From positions 1-64,000 of the forward strand of contig JBGPQV010000009.1 of the NCBI GenBank assembly GCA_041489255.1: a stretch of DNA of 64,000 nt, read 5' to 3'. The position numbers were made by a program, and so were the translations under genes. Shown piece by piece: positions 50,966-61,065 of the stretch (position 1 is its first letter; each line of letters starts with the position of its first letter). The notes beneath the pieces are model-generated. The model ran no database searches, was not told the origin of the DNA, and saw only the letters and a program-made list of their open reading frames with translations. The stretch is from Thermoplasmata archaeon (GTDB lineage Archaea > Thermoplasmatota > Thermoplasmata > RBG-16-68-12 > JAFNFQ01).

Positions 50966-53900
50966 TCATGTCTTACCGCCGCCTTCATGCGTCGGCGATT
51001 CCACTTCCTTGTCCTCCTCTCCCGCCTTCTTGCGCACTTCTCCGTGCTTGACGCGTTTGAAGTACCAGTAGGATAGCAGGACCGCCGCGAGGATCAAGGG
51101 GACGGCAATCGCAAGGGCAACGAACGGGAGTGTCGGCTGTGCAGGCATCCGCGCGACCCAGGTCGCGGTCACGGTCTTGGGCGAGTCCATGGTCAACGTA
51201 ACGGCAAGATTCTTCCCGTCAGCGTCCCCTGTCCACCCGCCAAAGTCCCAGACTGTGCCGGAAGAATCGGTGAAGGTGGCGTCGACCGTCAGGGAAGCGA
51301 TTGAACCATCGTTGTACCAATCTGTCCCGGAAGGCGTTTCACAATCGACGCTGCCGCCGCAATCCGATTTCACAACCAGCCTGAATTGCGTGGTCCAGCT
51401 GGCGGTGATAGTCAACGGTCCATCCACTCTTACGGTCGTCTGATTTACTGTGCCGCTCGCGTCGCCCGACCATCCAATGAATACGTAGTGCGTGCCAGTA
51501 TCCACATTGACAACGTTGGAAAGAGAGACGGTGGCATCTGTCCCGCCATCGTACCAGCCCGCTCCAGTCGGCGAGCCGCAATCGGTCATGGAGGCGCAGT
51601 CTGAAATCACGATCACCAGGAACTGCGGTACCCATGAGGCCTCGACGGTCTTTGGCGCCGTCATCGTGAGCATTAGGGGGATTGTCATTCCCGAGGCGTC
51701 GACGGACCAGCCGGTGAACATCTGTCGAGTGCCCGTGCCGGTCACGACAGGATTCACCAGAGTCACGGTTGCGGTGGTTCCGCTGAGATACCAGCAATCC
51801 GCGTTCGAGCAGAGAGGGGTCCCGTACAGGGAAATCACGGTCAGATGGAAGGAGACATTCCAGCCAGCAATCGCAGTCTTCGGGGCGTCCATCAGGAGCG
51901 TTGCCGATGTGTCCGTCCCGCTCGCGTCCCCGGACCATTGCGCGAAGTCGTAGCGAGAGCCGCCACCGTCGAACCAAGGAGATGTGACCCGTGCCGTTGC
52001 GATCTCGCCGGAATCGTACCAGCAGTCGGCATGCTCGACGCAGCGAATATCTCCGATGACCAGCGGGGAGAGAGTGAGCTTGTACTGAATGATGTCGTAG
52101 TACGCGATGAAATCCTCTGGTGTATCGATGAGGACTTCATGGTGCGAAGAGGTGCTGCCGTCCGACCAGTGCGTGAAGGTGTATCTCACATAGCCGATAT
52201 CGTAATCAAGGACGGTCAGGTTGAGCCAGTGCTTCGACTGGTTGGTCCACCAGAACTGACTCAGGCCGTTGTGAGGTGAGTCGTCCACGTCGTAGTCAAT
52301 GCCTGTCGGACTCGTGTCGACGGTCACAAGGAAATCAAGGTAGCACACGGACGTCTCTGTGATGCTGCCAAGAATCGTGATCGTTCCGTTCGGGTCGGAG
52401 CCCGTGTAGTTCCCGGGTCCATCGCCGATCCACATCTCGAAGCGGTACCGCGTTCGCGGCGGGAGATTGGTCGACGAATTCCCCGCCAACTGCACATCCG
52501 TCCCCACATCGATCCAATCGGTGATCGGTGGATTGCCAGTGCATGTGTCCTGCAGAGTGAGCTTACACTGCCCGCTGTATATCGCGACGTAAGTGGCTGG
52601 ACCAGTGACGGGGCCGATGGGTCTTACCAACCGCAGGTCTCCGTCCGACCATTGGATGAAGACGTATCTGCAGCCGCCAAAAGTCTGCGGCGTTAGGATA
52701 ATCAGGATGGGAGAGGAGTCCTTGTCTACCCAGCAGTGCAACGGGGCGGGCATTTGGACGTCGCATCCAGGCATGTCGCTCCCCACCATCGGACCTGGGA
52801 CGTTGGATGCTATCGTGATGAGGTATTGGGTGATGAATCTGGCCACGTATGTCTGAGACCCGTTGATTGTGACGTTCCATCCCCATGTGGTGGGTCCCCC
52901 GATCCAGCGATCAAACCTGTAGCGGGTGTCGACGGGGCTTGGCGGTTGCGGGGACAAGGTAAGCAGCATGCTCGTCGTCCCATTCCCTGCCCAGAACGTG
53001 ACGGGTGCAGGCGCAAAAGGCGAGGAGTTGTAGGCAACCAGCAACCCTTGTGGTTCCGTCGAGATTGTTATCATGTAGTCGATTCCGTAGAATGCCGTCA
53101 GGTTCACGCAATCATCAACGACATCGACGGTCCTCGCGGGCGTGGTCAGACCATCGGACCAATACAAGAAAATCAACCTCTCGCTTGGGGAAGGACCTTG
53201 CTGAGGCGTTGTTGCAACGGCAGCATATGTGCCGGGTCGTTCGAGAGACACGTATGGCGTCACATGCTCCACGCCGTTCCAATCGATCGTGAGACCAATG
53301 GGATCCGTGTCCCGCGTCACTCGGTAGTAGTCGAGGAACTGTGCTGTCATATCGTTCGGACCCATCACGAGCAGCGTCTTCGAGCTGTTCGTGTCGCCAT
53401 CAGCCCATTGGTGGAAGGTGCACTGTCCGCAGGATCCTCGAGATTGTGAAAGCGGCGTCGCATTGACAGTTATGTTCGTGCCCTCTGGCCATTGCGCGAT
53501 GTAAGGCGTCTGTATCGGTCCGATGCCCTCGATTTCCAGAGTGAGATTCGCGGCAGACCCGCCGCATGACGCGTTGATCCAGATTGTCCAGACCGCATCG
53601 GGTTTAGGCTCCCCGCTTTGGCCTTCATTTAGGTCAAGAGTCTCTCGATTACCGGCAGTGCTCGGTCCGTTCTGCTGCTTCAAGTCGCCCGGGGCGCCAA
53701 CGTTCAGCTCAAGTTGCGAATCGTTCGGGACAGGGCCACCCTTCTCCTGAATCTGCGCTTCCGGCAGAACCATTGTGACACCGCCCGGTTCAGGTGCCAT
53801 GGGGGATCCCATGTCCAACTGTTTTTCAGGCGGTGGAATCGTGGTGAGCCCGGACTGTTCCGGGCGGACTGCGTCCGCTCCCGTGTCCGGCCTGGCGCCG

Positions 53901-53983
53901 AGCACCGGAGCAAGACAGGAGAAGAGGGCCACAACGACAAGAAGCAGAGCGCTAGCTCTACAGAGTCTAAGCTCATGTAACAT
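50966..53983 (-). CDS. Cell-surface protein with tandem InlB B-repeat-like domains and C-terminal TM anchor
   Basis: Repeated F..WSDG / F.GWSGDASG...MD.PKT..A.W; signal peptide; TM + KRVK tail. Confidence 0.75.
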   Translation of the reverse strand: MLHELRLCRASALLLVVVALFSCLAPVLGARPDTGADAVRPEQSGLTTIPPPEKQLDMGSPMAPEPGGVTMVLPEAQIQEKGGPVPNDSQLELNVGAPGDLKQQNGPSTAGNRETLDLNEGQSGEPKPDAVWTIWINASCGGSAANLTLEIEGIGPIQTPYIAQWPEGTNITVNATPLSQSRGSCGQCTFHQWADGDTNSSKTLLVMGPNDMTAQFLDYYRVTRDTDPIGLTIDWNGVEHVTPYVSLERPGTYAAVATTPQQGPSPSERLIFLYWSDGLTTPARTVDVVDDCVNLTAFYGIDYMITISTEPQGLLVAYNSSPFAPAPVTFWAGNGTTSMLLTLSPQPPSPVDTRYRFDRWIGGPTTWGWNVTINGSQTYVARFITQYLITIASNVPGPMVGSDMPGCDVQMPAPLHCWVDKDSSPILIILTPQTFGGCRYVFIQWSDGDLRLVRPIGPVTGPATYVAIYSGQCKLTLQDTCTGNPPITDWIDVGTDVQLAGNSSTNLPPRTRYRFEMWIGDGPGNYTGSDPNGTITILGSITETSVCYLDFLVTVDTSPTGIDYDVDDSPHNGLSQFWWTNQSKHWLNLTVLDYDIGYVRYTFTHWSDGSTSSHHEVLIDTPEDFIAYYDIIQYKLTLSPLVIGDIRCVEHADCWYDSGEIATARVTSPWFDGGGSRYDFAQWSGDASGTDTSATLLMDAPKTAIAGWNVSFHLTVISLYGTPLCSNADCWYLSGTTATVTLVNPVVTGTGTRQMFTGWSVDASGMTIPLMLTMTAPKTVEASWVPQFLVIVISDCASMTDCGSPTGAGWYDGGTDATVSLSNVVNVDTGTHYVFIGWSGDASGTVNQTTVRVDGPLTITASWTTQFRLVVKSDCGGSVDCETPSGTDWYNDGSIASLTVDATFTDSSGTVWDFGGWTGDADGKNLAVTLTMDSPKTVTATWVARMPAQPTLPFVALAIAVPLILAAVLLSYWYFKRVKHGEVRKKAGEEDKEVESPTHEGGGKT

Positions 53984-54198
53984 CGTCGTGCCTCCTCCAA
54001 TCGAAGCCCTATCAGGGGCATCGAAACTCAAAGCGATATCCGACTATTTAATAACAGATGTCAAGGAGGTGCGATTGGATGCGGATGCCGATGACGTGGG
54101 GGATTCCCGCCATTCTCGGAGCACCGTCGTTCTATCATGTCGCGATGTTACAACGACACCAATAGGCCTTTGAGCCGCCGCGCACTTTCTCCCTCCGC

Positions 54199-57084
54199 TT
54201 GAAACGACTGAAGGAACGGATTGAGCGTCAAGTGCAGGAGGGCTTTGCGGCCTTGGCGGAGAACGATGCGGAGGCGGCGGAGCGCCACTTCAGAATCGCC
54301 GGTCACACGCTCGGCATCGCGCTCGCCTGCTACCACGGCCGGTTTTGGGAGCGGGCGACGAGCAAGGCCTTGGCGGCACTGGCCCAGGCCGGGCCGGGAA
54401 CCGAGGATGAAGCGGTCGCCCTCAAGGTCCTCGCGATCGCCTCGAAGCAGTTGGGCGAGGAGAAAAAGGTCAAAGGCGCCGCGCAGCAACGGCGGGAGGC
54501 GCTTATCAAGCGCGCGGAGGAGCGGCTGGACGGGGTCGAATGGGGGCCGGTGCACGGCCTGATGCGCGAGCTGGCGAAGAAGCAGCCCGCCGTCTACGGG
54601 GCCCTCGCCTCCGTCCGCATGGGGCGGAAAATGGTGAAAGCGGGTTTCCGGACAATAGTCGACTTCGTTCTTGCGGGAGATTACCACCGGGCGGCCTGTC
54701 TGGGCGACGACCTCACGCGCATAGAGGCGACGACCTGGGGGCTCGCGGCGGAGTTCTCCCTCTGCCCGGACTGCCTGGAGGAGTGGTTCGAGCCAGCTCC
54801 GGGGGAGCCGCCGAACGTGGCGCTGAACCGCTTGAGCGCGCTGACCGGGACGATACTCTTCGAGTTCACGTGGAAGAGTCCGGAGCACGCGCTGATCCTC
54901 GGGATCTCGGCGCTTCACTTCGCCGAGTTCAGGGCCCGCCACGGGGAGGACGTCGCGAGGCTCGTCGAGCGCGCGCAGGTCTACTATGATGCGGCTGCGG
55001 CACCGCAGTCGCTCGCGCCCGAGGAGGCGGGGCGCTGGACCGCCTGCGTCGACTATCACAGGGGGCGCGTCCTCGAACTGGGGAAGAATGAGGCGGCCGC
55101 GCTGGCCCTCGTCGAGAAGGTCGCCGCGGGGCCGGCAGCCCCTTGGAACGATAGGGCGCGGGAGGTGGCCGAGAGGATCCGCCGCCGCCAGGCGTCGGAG
55201 GCGAAAAGGGCGCGCGTCTCGAGCTTGCGCGGGGAATGCGAGGCCGCGAGGAAGAGAAGCGACGACGAGGCGGAGCTCGCTGCCATGAAGGCCCTTTCAT
55301 CGGAGATCGATCTGGAGCTCGGCCAGCTCGAGAGGCTCTCGCGACTCCGCGACGAGGATCACGATCCAGGCTGGACGGACACCGCGATAAGGGCCGCGGC
55401 GAAGGGATCGCACGACGAGAACCTGTCAAGGCGTCTCGGGGATGAGGCCGCCGTGCGGTGGTCGGAGGGGAAAGGGCGCGAAGCATTGAACCTCTTCATC
55501 CTGGCGCGTCGCATCGCTCCGCTGTCCCCCGACGTGATGTCGGCATGCGCGGCAGTGCTCGCCTCCTTCGGTCGCAACGCCGAGGCGGCGAAGGCGTACG
55601 CGGCGGTCGGACACAGGGAGCCCATACACTTCCTCGAGAGCGCGCGCTGCTTCATGGCGGCGGGCGAGGAGAAGCGTGCGGTCGCGGTGGTGCAGGCGCT
55701 GTTCGTCGCATCGGACGCGGTCAGCCTGTGGGAAGAGGGGCTGCGCCTTGTCGAGTCCCACACCACACCGCCGGCCCTGCGCCTCCTGGCCAGACTGCTG
55801 CTGGACCGGCAACCTGAGAACGAATTCGCCCGCACCGCCCTTGCCCGTGCAGAGGCGGAGGCGTACCGCGCGGCGGTCGAGGAACGCGAGAGAGTACGCG
55901 CAGTTGCGCGGGGGGCCGCGAAGGCGGGGGACTGGCCGAAGGTGAGGGATTCCCTGCAGAGCGTGCAGGAGAATGTGAGGGACGGCGAACTCTGGACCCT
56001 GCTCGCGCGGGCTCACGAGAGCCTCGGCGAGGCAGAGGAGTCCCTGCGGTGCTATGAGGCGATGTCGCAGACCGCGGCCTCCGTGGCGGGTCGCGCACGC
56101 AGTCTGATCCGCCTGAGGAGGTTCGAGGATGCCCGCGAGACCCTGGAGCGTCTCCGTGCAAGATTGGAGCCCGAGGAGGAGCCGGAGCTGGGGAGCGACC
56201 CTGATGTCAAGGGGCTGTGGGCCGAAGTGAAGGGCGACCTGCAGCTTGCTGCGCGGCTGTATGTCGATGAGGCGATGCTCCGCTCTCTGATCATGAAAGC
56301 GCGCGAGCGGGAGGACGCACTGGCGGAACTGGAGGCGCTCTCGGTCATCGCCGCGCGCGATGAAGCGTGCGTCGGCGAGCTCATGGAGCGTGTGCGGGCC
56401 CTCGAGGGGCGTCTGCCTGTCCGCGCGAAGGCGCGTATCGTCCGAGATCGCATGCCTGCACTCATCCTGTGTGACACGAACGTGCTGCTGTCAAAGGTGC
56501 TCGAGGGCGTCCCCTTGCCGGACGTTCTGCAGGCGCTCCGCAGTCCGCGGGGTGTCGAGCGGTTCGAGGCGCTCAGATCGCAGAGAGGGAACGTTGCTCT
56601 CGCAGTCACGGATACCGTGGCGGGGGAGCTTAGGTCCGTGCTCAAGTACCAGATGGCGGTCCGGGAGGACGAGGAGTCGGAGAAGGCGCTCGAGGAGGTC
56701 ATGCGGCGCGCGGAACAGCTCGTTTCGGAGTTGCACGTGGAGAAGGTCGCCGGCCTCTCGCCGAGGCCGCCGCCGGAGTACTCGGAGCGCGTGAGGTCGT
56801 TCTACAGGTCGATGGGTCCGCGCCTGCGCGCGATCACGCGGCGCAAGGTGAGCAGGCGGCCCGAGCGGTCGTCGGAGATCCTCGGCCGCCGGGGAGTGAG
56901 CAAGGACAAGCCGGGGCGCGCGCCGATGCCGGAGGCGGTGGACCAGCGGCTGCTCGCCGAGGCGGCGTCGCTCGTTGACGGACCGCTGCCCGGGTTCGGC
57001 GGCGTGGGCATCCTGTCCGACGACGCCGACTTCCGGAGTTTCGCGCGGGAGATCGAGACGACGTTCGGCGTGAGGATCCACTGA
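54199..57084 (+). CDS. TPR-like alpha-solenoid protein with C-terminal PIN domain
   Basis: About 750 aa of Ala/Glu/Arg-rich helical repeats (LWTLLARAHESLGEAEESLRCYE); ILCDTNVLL ... E ... D ... ILSDDADF acidic PIN motifs. Confidence 0.7.
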   Translation: MKRLKERIERQVQEGFAALAENDAEAAERHFRIAGHTLGIALACYHGRFWERATSKALAALAQAGPGTEDEAVALKVLAIASKQLGEEKKVKGAAQQRREALIKRAEERLDGVEWGPVHGLMRELAKKQPAVYGALASVRMGRKMVKAGFRTIVDFVLAGDYHRAACLGDDLTRIEATTWGLAAEFSLCPDCLEEWFEPAPGEPPNVALNRLSALTGTILFEFTWKSPEHALILGISALHFAEFRARHGEDVARLVERAQVYYDAAAAPQSLAPEEAGRWTACVDYHRGRVLELGKNEAAALALVEKVAAGPAAPWNDRAREVAERIRRRQASEAKRARVSSLRGECEAARKRSDDEAELAAMKALSSEIDLELGQLERLSRLRDEDHDPGWTDTAIRAAAKGSHDENLSRRLGDEAAVRWSEGKGREALNLFILARRIAPLSPDVMSACAAVLASFGRNAEAAKAYAAVGHREPIHFLESARCFMAAGEEKRAVAVVQALFVASDAVSLWEEGLRLVESHTTPPALRLLARLLLDRQPENEFARTALARAEAEAYRAAVEERERVRAVARGAAKAGDWPKVRDSLQSVQENVRDGELWTLLARAHESLGEAEESLRCYEAMSQTAASVAGRARSLIRLRRFEDARETLERLRARLEPEEEPELGSDPDVKGLWAEVKGDLQLAARLYVDEAMLRSLIMKAREREDALAELEALSVIAARDEACVGELMERVRALEGRLPVRAKARIVRDRMPALILCDTNVLLSKVLEGVPLPDVLQALRSPRGVERFEALRSQRGNVALAVTDTVAGELRSVLKYQMAVREDEESEKALEEVMRRAEQLVSELHVEKVAGLSPRPPPEYSERVRSFYRSMGPRLRAITRRKVSRRPERSSEILGRRGVSKDKPGRAPMPEAVDQRLLAEAASLVDGPLPGFGGVGILSDDADFRSFAREIETTFGVRIH

Positions 57085-57216
57085 AAGCTGCCGCGGTAGC
57101 GCGGTCTGAGCGTCCTTCATTGTCCCTACTTCAAGGAACCAGACAAGGCATATGCATCAAGATTCCGTCATCGCCGGAATCGCATGGTTTAACATCCGCG
57201 GAGATTTACCTCGGTC

Positions 57217-58482
57217 GTGGCCGAGGTCTGGGTCAGCCTGCTCGTCGGCGGGACTCTCCTCCTCATCGGGTACGGCGCCTCCCTGATTTTCGACAGGTTC
57301 CGGATCCCCGACTTCATCGTGCTCATCTTCCTGGGGGTCCTCCTGGCGCAGATACCGGTCGATCCGTTCGGACCCGGCCTCGTGCCCTCCCTCACCCCGA
57401 TACTGCCCGTCTTCACGGCCCTGACGATAGCATTCATCATGTTCGAGGGCGGGCTCTCGCTCAACCTCAAGGGCTCGGGCAGGGGGATGCCGGGGGTCCT
57501 TGCCCACGTCGCGGTCTCGGTTTTCATCACGGTCGTCCTGATCTGGTTGATCGCGACGCGCCTCCTCGGCTTCGACGGTGTCACCGCGCTCGTCCTGGCG
57601 GGGGCGTTCTGCGGGCCTTCAGCTGCAGTCATCCTCAGCTTCGCGACGCGCCTCAAGCTCGGAAAGGAGGCAGAGAGGGCGGTCGTGCTCGACGCCGTGG
57701 TCACGAACGTCATCGCGGTGATTCTGGTGTTCTTCGCGATAAGGTCGGCGAGCGCCGCCCCTGCCACTTTCCTCCCTCAGTATGCGCTCGAGATTGCGCT
57801 CGCGACGATCGCGGCGGTCGCGGCCGGGATGCCCTGGAGGATGGCGATCAAGCGCTCGCCATCGCGGAAGTTCATGTACATCGCGACTGTCGCTTGGGCT
57901 CTAGTGATCTATGGCCTCGCCGATGGGCTGATCAACGGGAACGGCCCCGTCGCCGTGTTCGTCTTCGGACTCGTCCTCGCCTACCGCAAGCCGGAGGACG
58001 CTCCGGACCCGGAGGGGAAGGGCAGCCTCCAGGAGTTCCAGTCCGAGATCACCTTCGGCATGAGGACGTTCTTCTTCATCTACCTCGGCCTCGTGGTGAC
58101 CGTCGACAGCGTGACCCCGGTGGCGCTCATGGGCGCGCTCCTCCTGACGCTGGTGTTCGTCGTCTCGAGGGTGCCGAGCTCGATCGCCCTTGGCAGGCTC
58201 TCCGGGTACAGCAAGAGGGAGACCAGGGTCCTCATCGCGTCGATGGCGCGCGGGATGACCGATGTGGTGCTAGTCCTCATCGCGATCGAGAGCGGAGTGG
58301 TTCCTGCGTCCTCGGTATCGTTGCTCGTCGGGCTGGTGACGGTGACGATCCTGGTTGCGGTGGCGGTGTGCGCGGGGCTGGTCGTCTGGGCGGAGAAGAG
58401 CCCCGAAGAGGGACAGGAACGAGAGATTCCACCAGTTCAGCCTGACGCGGATGTCCCCCTGCGATTCGATCCTCCTGCGTAG
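57217..58482 (+). CDS. Cation:proton antiporter (CPA1/NhaP-like)
   Basis: RIPD, FEGGL.L, TFFFIYLG, MARG; about 12 TMs. Confidence 0.85.
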   Translation: MAEVWVSLLVGGTLLLIGYGASLIFDRFRIPDFIVLIFLGVLLAQIPVDPFGPGLVPSLTPILPVFTALTIAFIMFEGGLSLNLKGSGRGMPGVLAHVAVSVFITVVLIWLIATRLLGFDGVTALVLAGAFCGPSAAVILSFATRLKLGKEAERAVVLDAVVTNVIAVILVFFAIRSASAAPATFLPQYALEIALATIAAVAAGMPWRMAIKRSPSRKFMYIATVAWALVIYGLADGLINGNGPVAVFVFGLVLAYRKPEDAPDPEGKGSLQEFQSEITFGMRTFFFIYLGLVVTVDSVTPVALMGALLLTLVFVVSRVPSSIALGRLSGYSKRETRVLIASMARGMTDVVLVLIAIESGVVPASSVSLLVGLVTVTILVAVAVCAGLVVWAEKSPEEGQEREIPPVQPDADVPLRFDPPA

Positions 58483-58506
58483 ACGAGGCGCCCAGCGCCT
58501 GCCATC

Positions 58507-58977
58507 CTACTTCAGGTTCATCCTGTAGAAGCTCCATTCAGTCTTTTCTGCTCCGTTCTTCTCGTAGAACTTCTGAGCTGACTTGTTCCAGTTAAGGACG
58601 GTGAACTCGATCCTCCCGCAGCCTTCCTTCCTCGCTCGCTTGACGCAGAAGTCGAACATGGCCTGGCCTATGCCCTGCCTCCGGTACTCCGCGAGCACGA
58701 AGATGTCCTCAAGGTAGAGGATTGGCAGGGCGCGGAAGCTCGAGTAGGTGAAGTACAGGATGATGTAGGCGACGTACCTGGAGCCGAGCCTGCCGAGGTA
58801 TGCCTCGCATCTCGGGTTCTTAGAGAGCGAGTCTCGCCTCAGCCGCCTCTTTGCGGCTTTGTCAGGAGGCGTGAGCTTCTCGAACTTCGCGAGTCCCTCG
58901 ATGAGAAGGAGGAGGTGATGGAAGTTGTTTTCCGTGACTCGTTCGAGGATGAGTCCACTGTCCGCACGCTTTCTCAT
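58507..58977 (-). CDS. GNAT acetyltransferase (spermidine/spermine N1-acetyltransferase-like)
   Basis: LYLEDIFV..EYRRQGIG, VLNWN..A.KFY.K.GA. Confidence 0.88.
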   Translation of the reverse strand: MRKRADSGLILERVTENNFHHLLLLIEGLAKFEKLTPPDKAAKRRLRRDSLSKNPRCEAYLGRLGSRYVAYIILYFTYSSFRALPILYLEDIFVLAEYRRQGIGQAMFDFCVKRARKEGCGRIEFTVLNWNKSAQKFYEKNGAEKTEWSFYRMNLK

Positions 58978-59038
58978 GGCGGTAGTGGGATGAGATGTCG
59001 ATTCAAATATCCTTCCACGGAAACGCTTCGAGTGGGAA

Positions 59039-59977
59039 TCAGCGGGCCGGCGTCTTCGACTGAACCGTTTTCGTATATTGCGCGAGCGCACGCTTGCTTG
59101 AATACCAGGTGCGGCCGATCTTGACGGCCTCGAGCATCCCCTGCCGCGCGCGCAGCGAGAGGTATTCCTGAGAATACGCGCTGCCCCGCACCAACTGCCT
59201 CAAGGGGACGAGAGCCCGTTCCGCATCCACGGCGGATAGGAACACCGTCAGCCCCTCGTCGACAGCATGCAGTACGAAGCCCGAGAACGGTCCGTACCGG
59301 CCCCGGTCCGCCTCATCGAGACCCTTGTAGTACCGCCGTCTGTCCTCCACCCGGAGGACGACAGGCGGGTATCCGGCGCCGATCAGCACCAGGTTGGCTG
59401 CAAGCCGCGCGGTCCTCCCGTTCCCGTCGAGGAACGGATGGATCATCGAGAGGCGGTGATGCAGGTAGACGCTGCGGAGGACCGGCTCTCGGATGGCGGG
59501 GAGCTCCTTGAACAGCTCGTCGAGCCGCGGGACGATCTTGGACGGAGGCGGCGGGACGTGCGCCGAACCGCCTATCCAGACCTGCTGCTGCCTGTATTGC
59601 CATGGAGTCTCCAGCGTCCCTTTCGTGACCATTTCGTGGAGCTTCTTGAGGGGGGCGTGATCGAAATGCAGGCCAGGACGGCCACTCTTCCATATCCAGT
59701 CGAAGGCCTCCGCGTTGTCCGTGGCTTCTAGATGCTCGCGGACGCTCCTCCCCCCGATCGTGATCCCCTGTTCGAGGATGAGGCGGGTCTCCTTGAGGCT
59801 GAGCGTGTTCCCCTCTATTGCGTTGCTGTTGTAGGTGTGGTACAGGCGAAGCTGCTGCCGCAATCGTTCCATTATGTCCCGGGGGAGGGGCCTGCGGGAC
59901 CGCAGCTCCTTGAGGTTCGACTGGACCCGCCGCCATGTCACGGGAGGGAGGTCGGAGACGGATATCGGTATCGGCAT
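59039..59977 (-). CDS. Fic-domain protein with C-terminal HTH-like domain
   Basis: SNAIEGNT inhibitory motif, HPFLDGNGRTAR, C-terminal YSQEYLSLRARQGMLEAVKIGRTWYS. Confidence 0.92.
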   Translation of the reverse strand: MPIPISVSDLPPVTWRRVQSNLKELRSRRPLPRDIMERLRQQLRLYHTYNSNAIEGNTLSLKETRLILEQGITIGGRSVREHLEATDNAEAFDWIWKSGRPGLHFDHAPLKKLHEMVTKGTLETPWQYRQQQVWIGGSAHVPPPPSKIVPRLDELFKELPAIREPVLRSVYLHHRLSMIHPFLDGNGRTARLAANLVLIGAGYPPVVLRVEDRRRYYKGLDEADRGRYGPFSGFVLHAVDEGLTVFLSAVDAERALVPLRQLVRGSAYSQEYLSLRARQGMLEAVKIGRTWYSSKRALAQYTKTVQSKTPAR

Positions 59978-60047
59978 GTTTCCGTGTTATCCGATAGTCT
60001 TGCGGATATATATCGGTATCGGCAAGATTGACAGTAATCCGATATCT
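59959..60047. promoter_or_regulatory. Duplicated palindromic operator-like sites at the fic start
   Basis: ATATCGGTATCGGCA at 59962 and 60010; ATCCGATA at 59989 and 60037 (48-bp period). Confidence 0.55.
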
Positions 60048-60122
60048 GTCTCTCCATGAAGGCGATTCCGGGACTTGACGCCCCTCGCACAAGCCCGGAA
60101 GATTCAGCGCATCCAAGTGTCC

Positions 60123-60791
60123 TCATCCAGCGGTGAACACGTCCCATCTCGAGACCTTCGCACCCGCCGACCTCAACTCCTCGATGAGGGCGGCGGCATC
60201 CGCGTCCGAGAGCATGAGGACAGAGGGGGAGACGACGGTCGCGCCGTACTTGTCCTTTAGCCCCTCGTACCTGTAGGTCGTCCGGCGCCCTCCGACGTCC
60301 TTCGTCGAGACGGACCCGTGAACCTTGCGAGACACCTGCACCTTCTTGCCGGGCGGAAGGCCTGTGAGGTCGTAGGAGACGAGCACCCTCGGCCTCAACG
60401 CGAGGTGCTCGGGTGTGAGGACGAACTTGCCCTGGAGCACGACTCCCTCCAGGAACACATTCCTCAGGAAGCTCGGGTCGAGGTCCCTCAGGTCCGTGGG
60501 GATCGCGTTGATGTCCCTGTGGGGCCTGAGCGCTGTCACCATGCGCGCGATCTGCCGGTTGAGCGTCTGGGGAACCCTGCGGTCGACTATCACGAGGAGG
60601 TCGATGTCGGACCTGCGGTCGAATTCGCCGCGAGCGAGGGAGCCGAATAGCACTACCCCGCCAGCTCGGACGATTCCCTGAAGGCCGTCGAGGAACCTCT
60701 CGATGAGCCGCCGGTCGTCGTCGGGGAGCTCAGTGAAGCTCGGCTTCGATGTCCCCGAGGATTGCCTTCGCTCTCTTGGCCGACTTTCCAT
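60123..60791 (-). CDS. Minimal nucleotidyltransferase (MNT) fused to a Cas2/VapD-like C-terminal domain
   Basis: LFGSLARG..SDIDLLVI; C-terminal VLVSYDL ... GATVVSPSVLML. Confidence 0.75.
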   Translation of the reverse strand: MESRPRERRQSSGTSKPSFTELPDDDRRLIERFLDGLQGIVRAGGVVLFGSLARGEFDRRSDIDLLVIVDRRVPQTLNRQIARMVTALRPHRDINAIPTDLRDLDPSFLRNVFLEGVVLQGKFVLTPEHLALRPRVLVSYDLTGLPPGKKVQVSRKVHGSVSTKDVGGRRTTYRYEGLKDKYGATVVSPSVLMLSDADAAALIEELRSAGAKVSRWDVFTAG

Positions 60792-61065
60792 CTCCTTTTC
60801 CTCCGTAGAATCGACCAGTCCGGAGAGCCTCGAGCTCCCTGAACAAGCTAGCTAGTTCCAGGAGTCCCAAATCGTCCAGGAACCTCGCAAGGCCTTTGTG
60901 GGTGTCGAGGTGGGCCTTCTTCCTGCGCTCCGCGATGCATGCGATCATGTGGAGCGCCGCGGCGTGGCACGTCTCTATGATCGTCTCGTAGTCTTGCTCG
61001 TCGCTGAGCTTTGCGAGGGTCGCCTTCAGGCGATGCGCCTTCTCCAGATGGTCGTTTACGTTCAT
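60730..61065 (-). CDS. HEPN-like protein
   Basis: All-helical, HLEKA, HKGL, LRTGRFYG (Rx4Y variant); overlaps MNT start. Confidence 0.65.
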   Translation of the reverse strand: MNVNDHLEKAHRLKATLAKLSDEQDYETIIETCHAAALHMIACIAERRKKAHLDTHKGLARFLDDLGLLELASLFRELEALRTGRFYGGKGDGKSAKRAKAILGDIEAELH

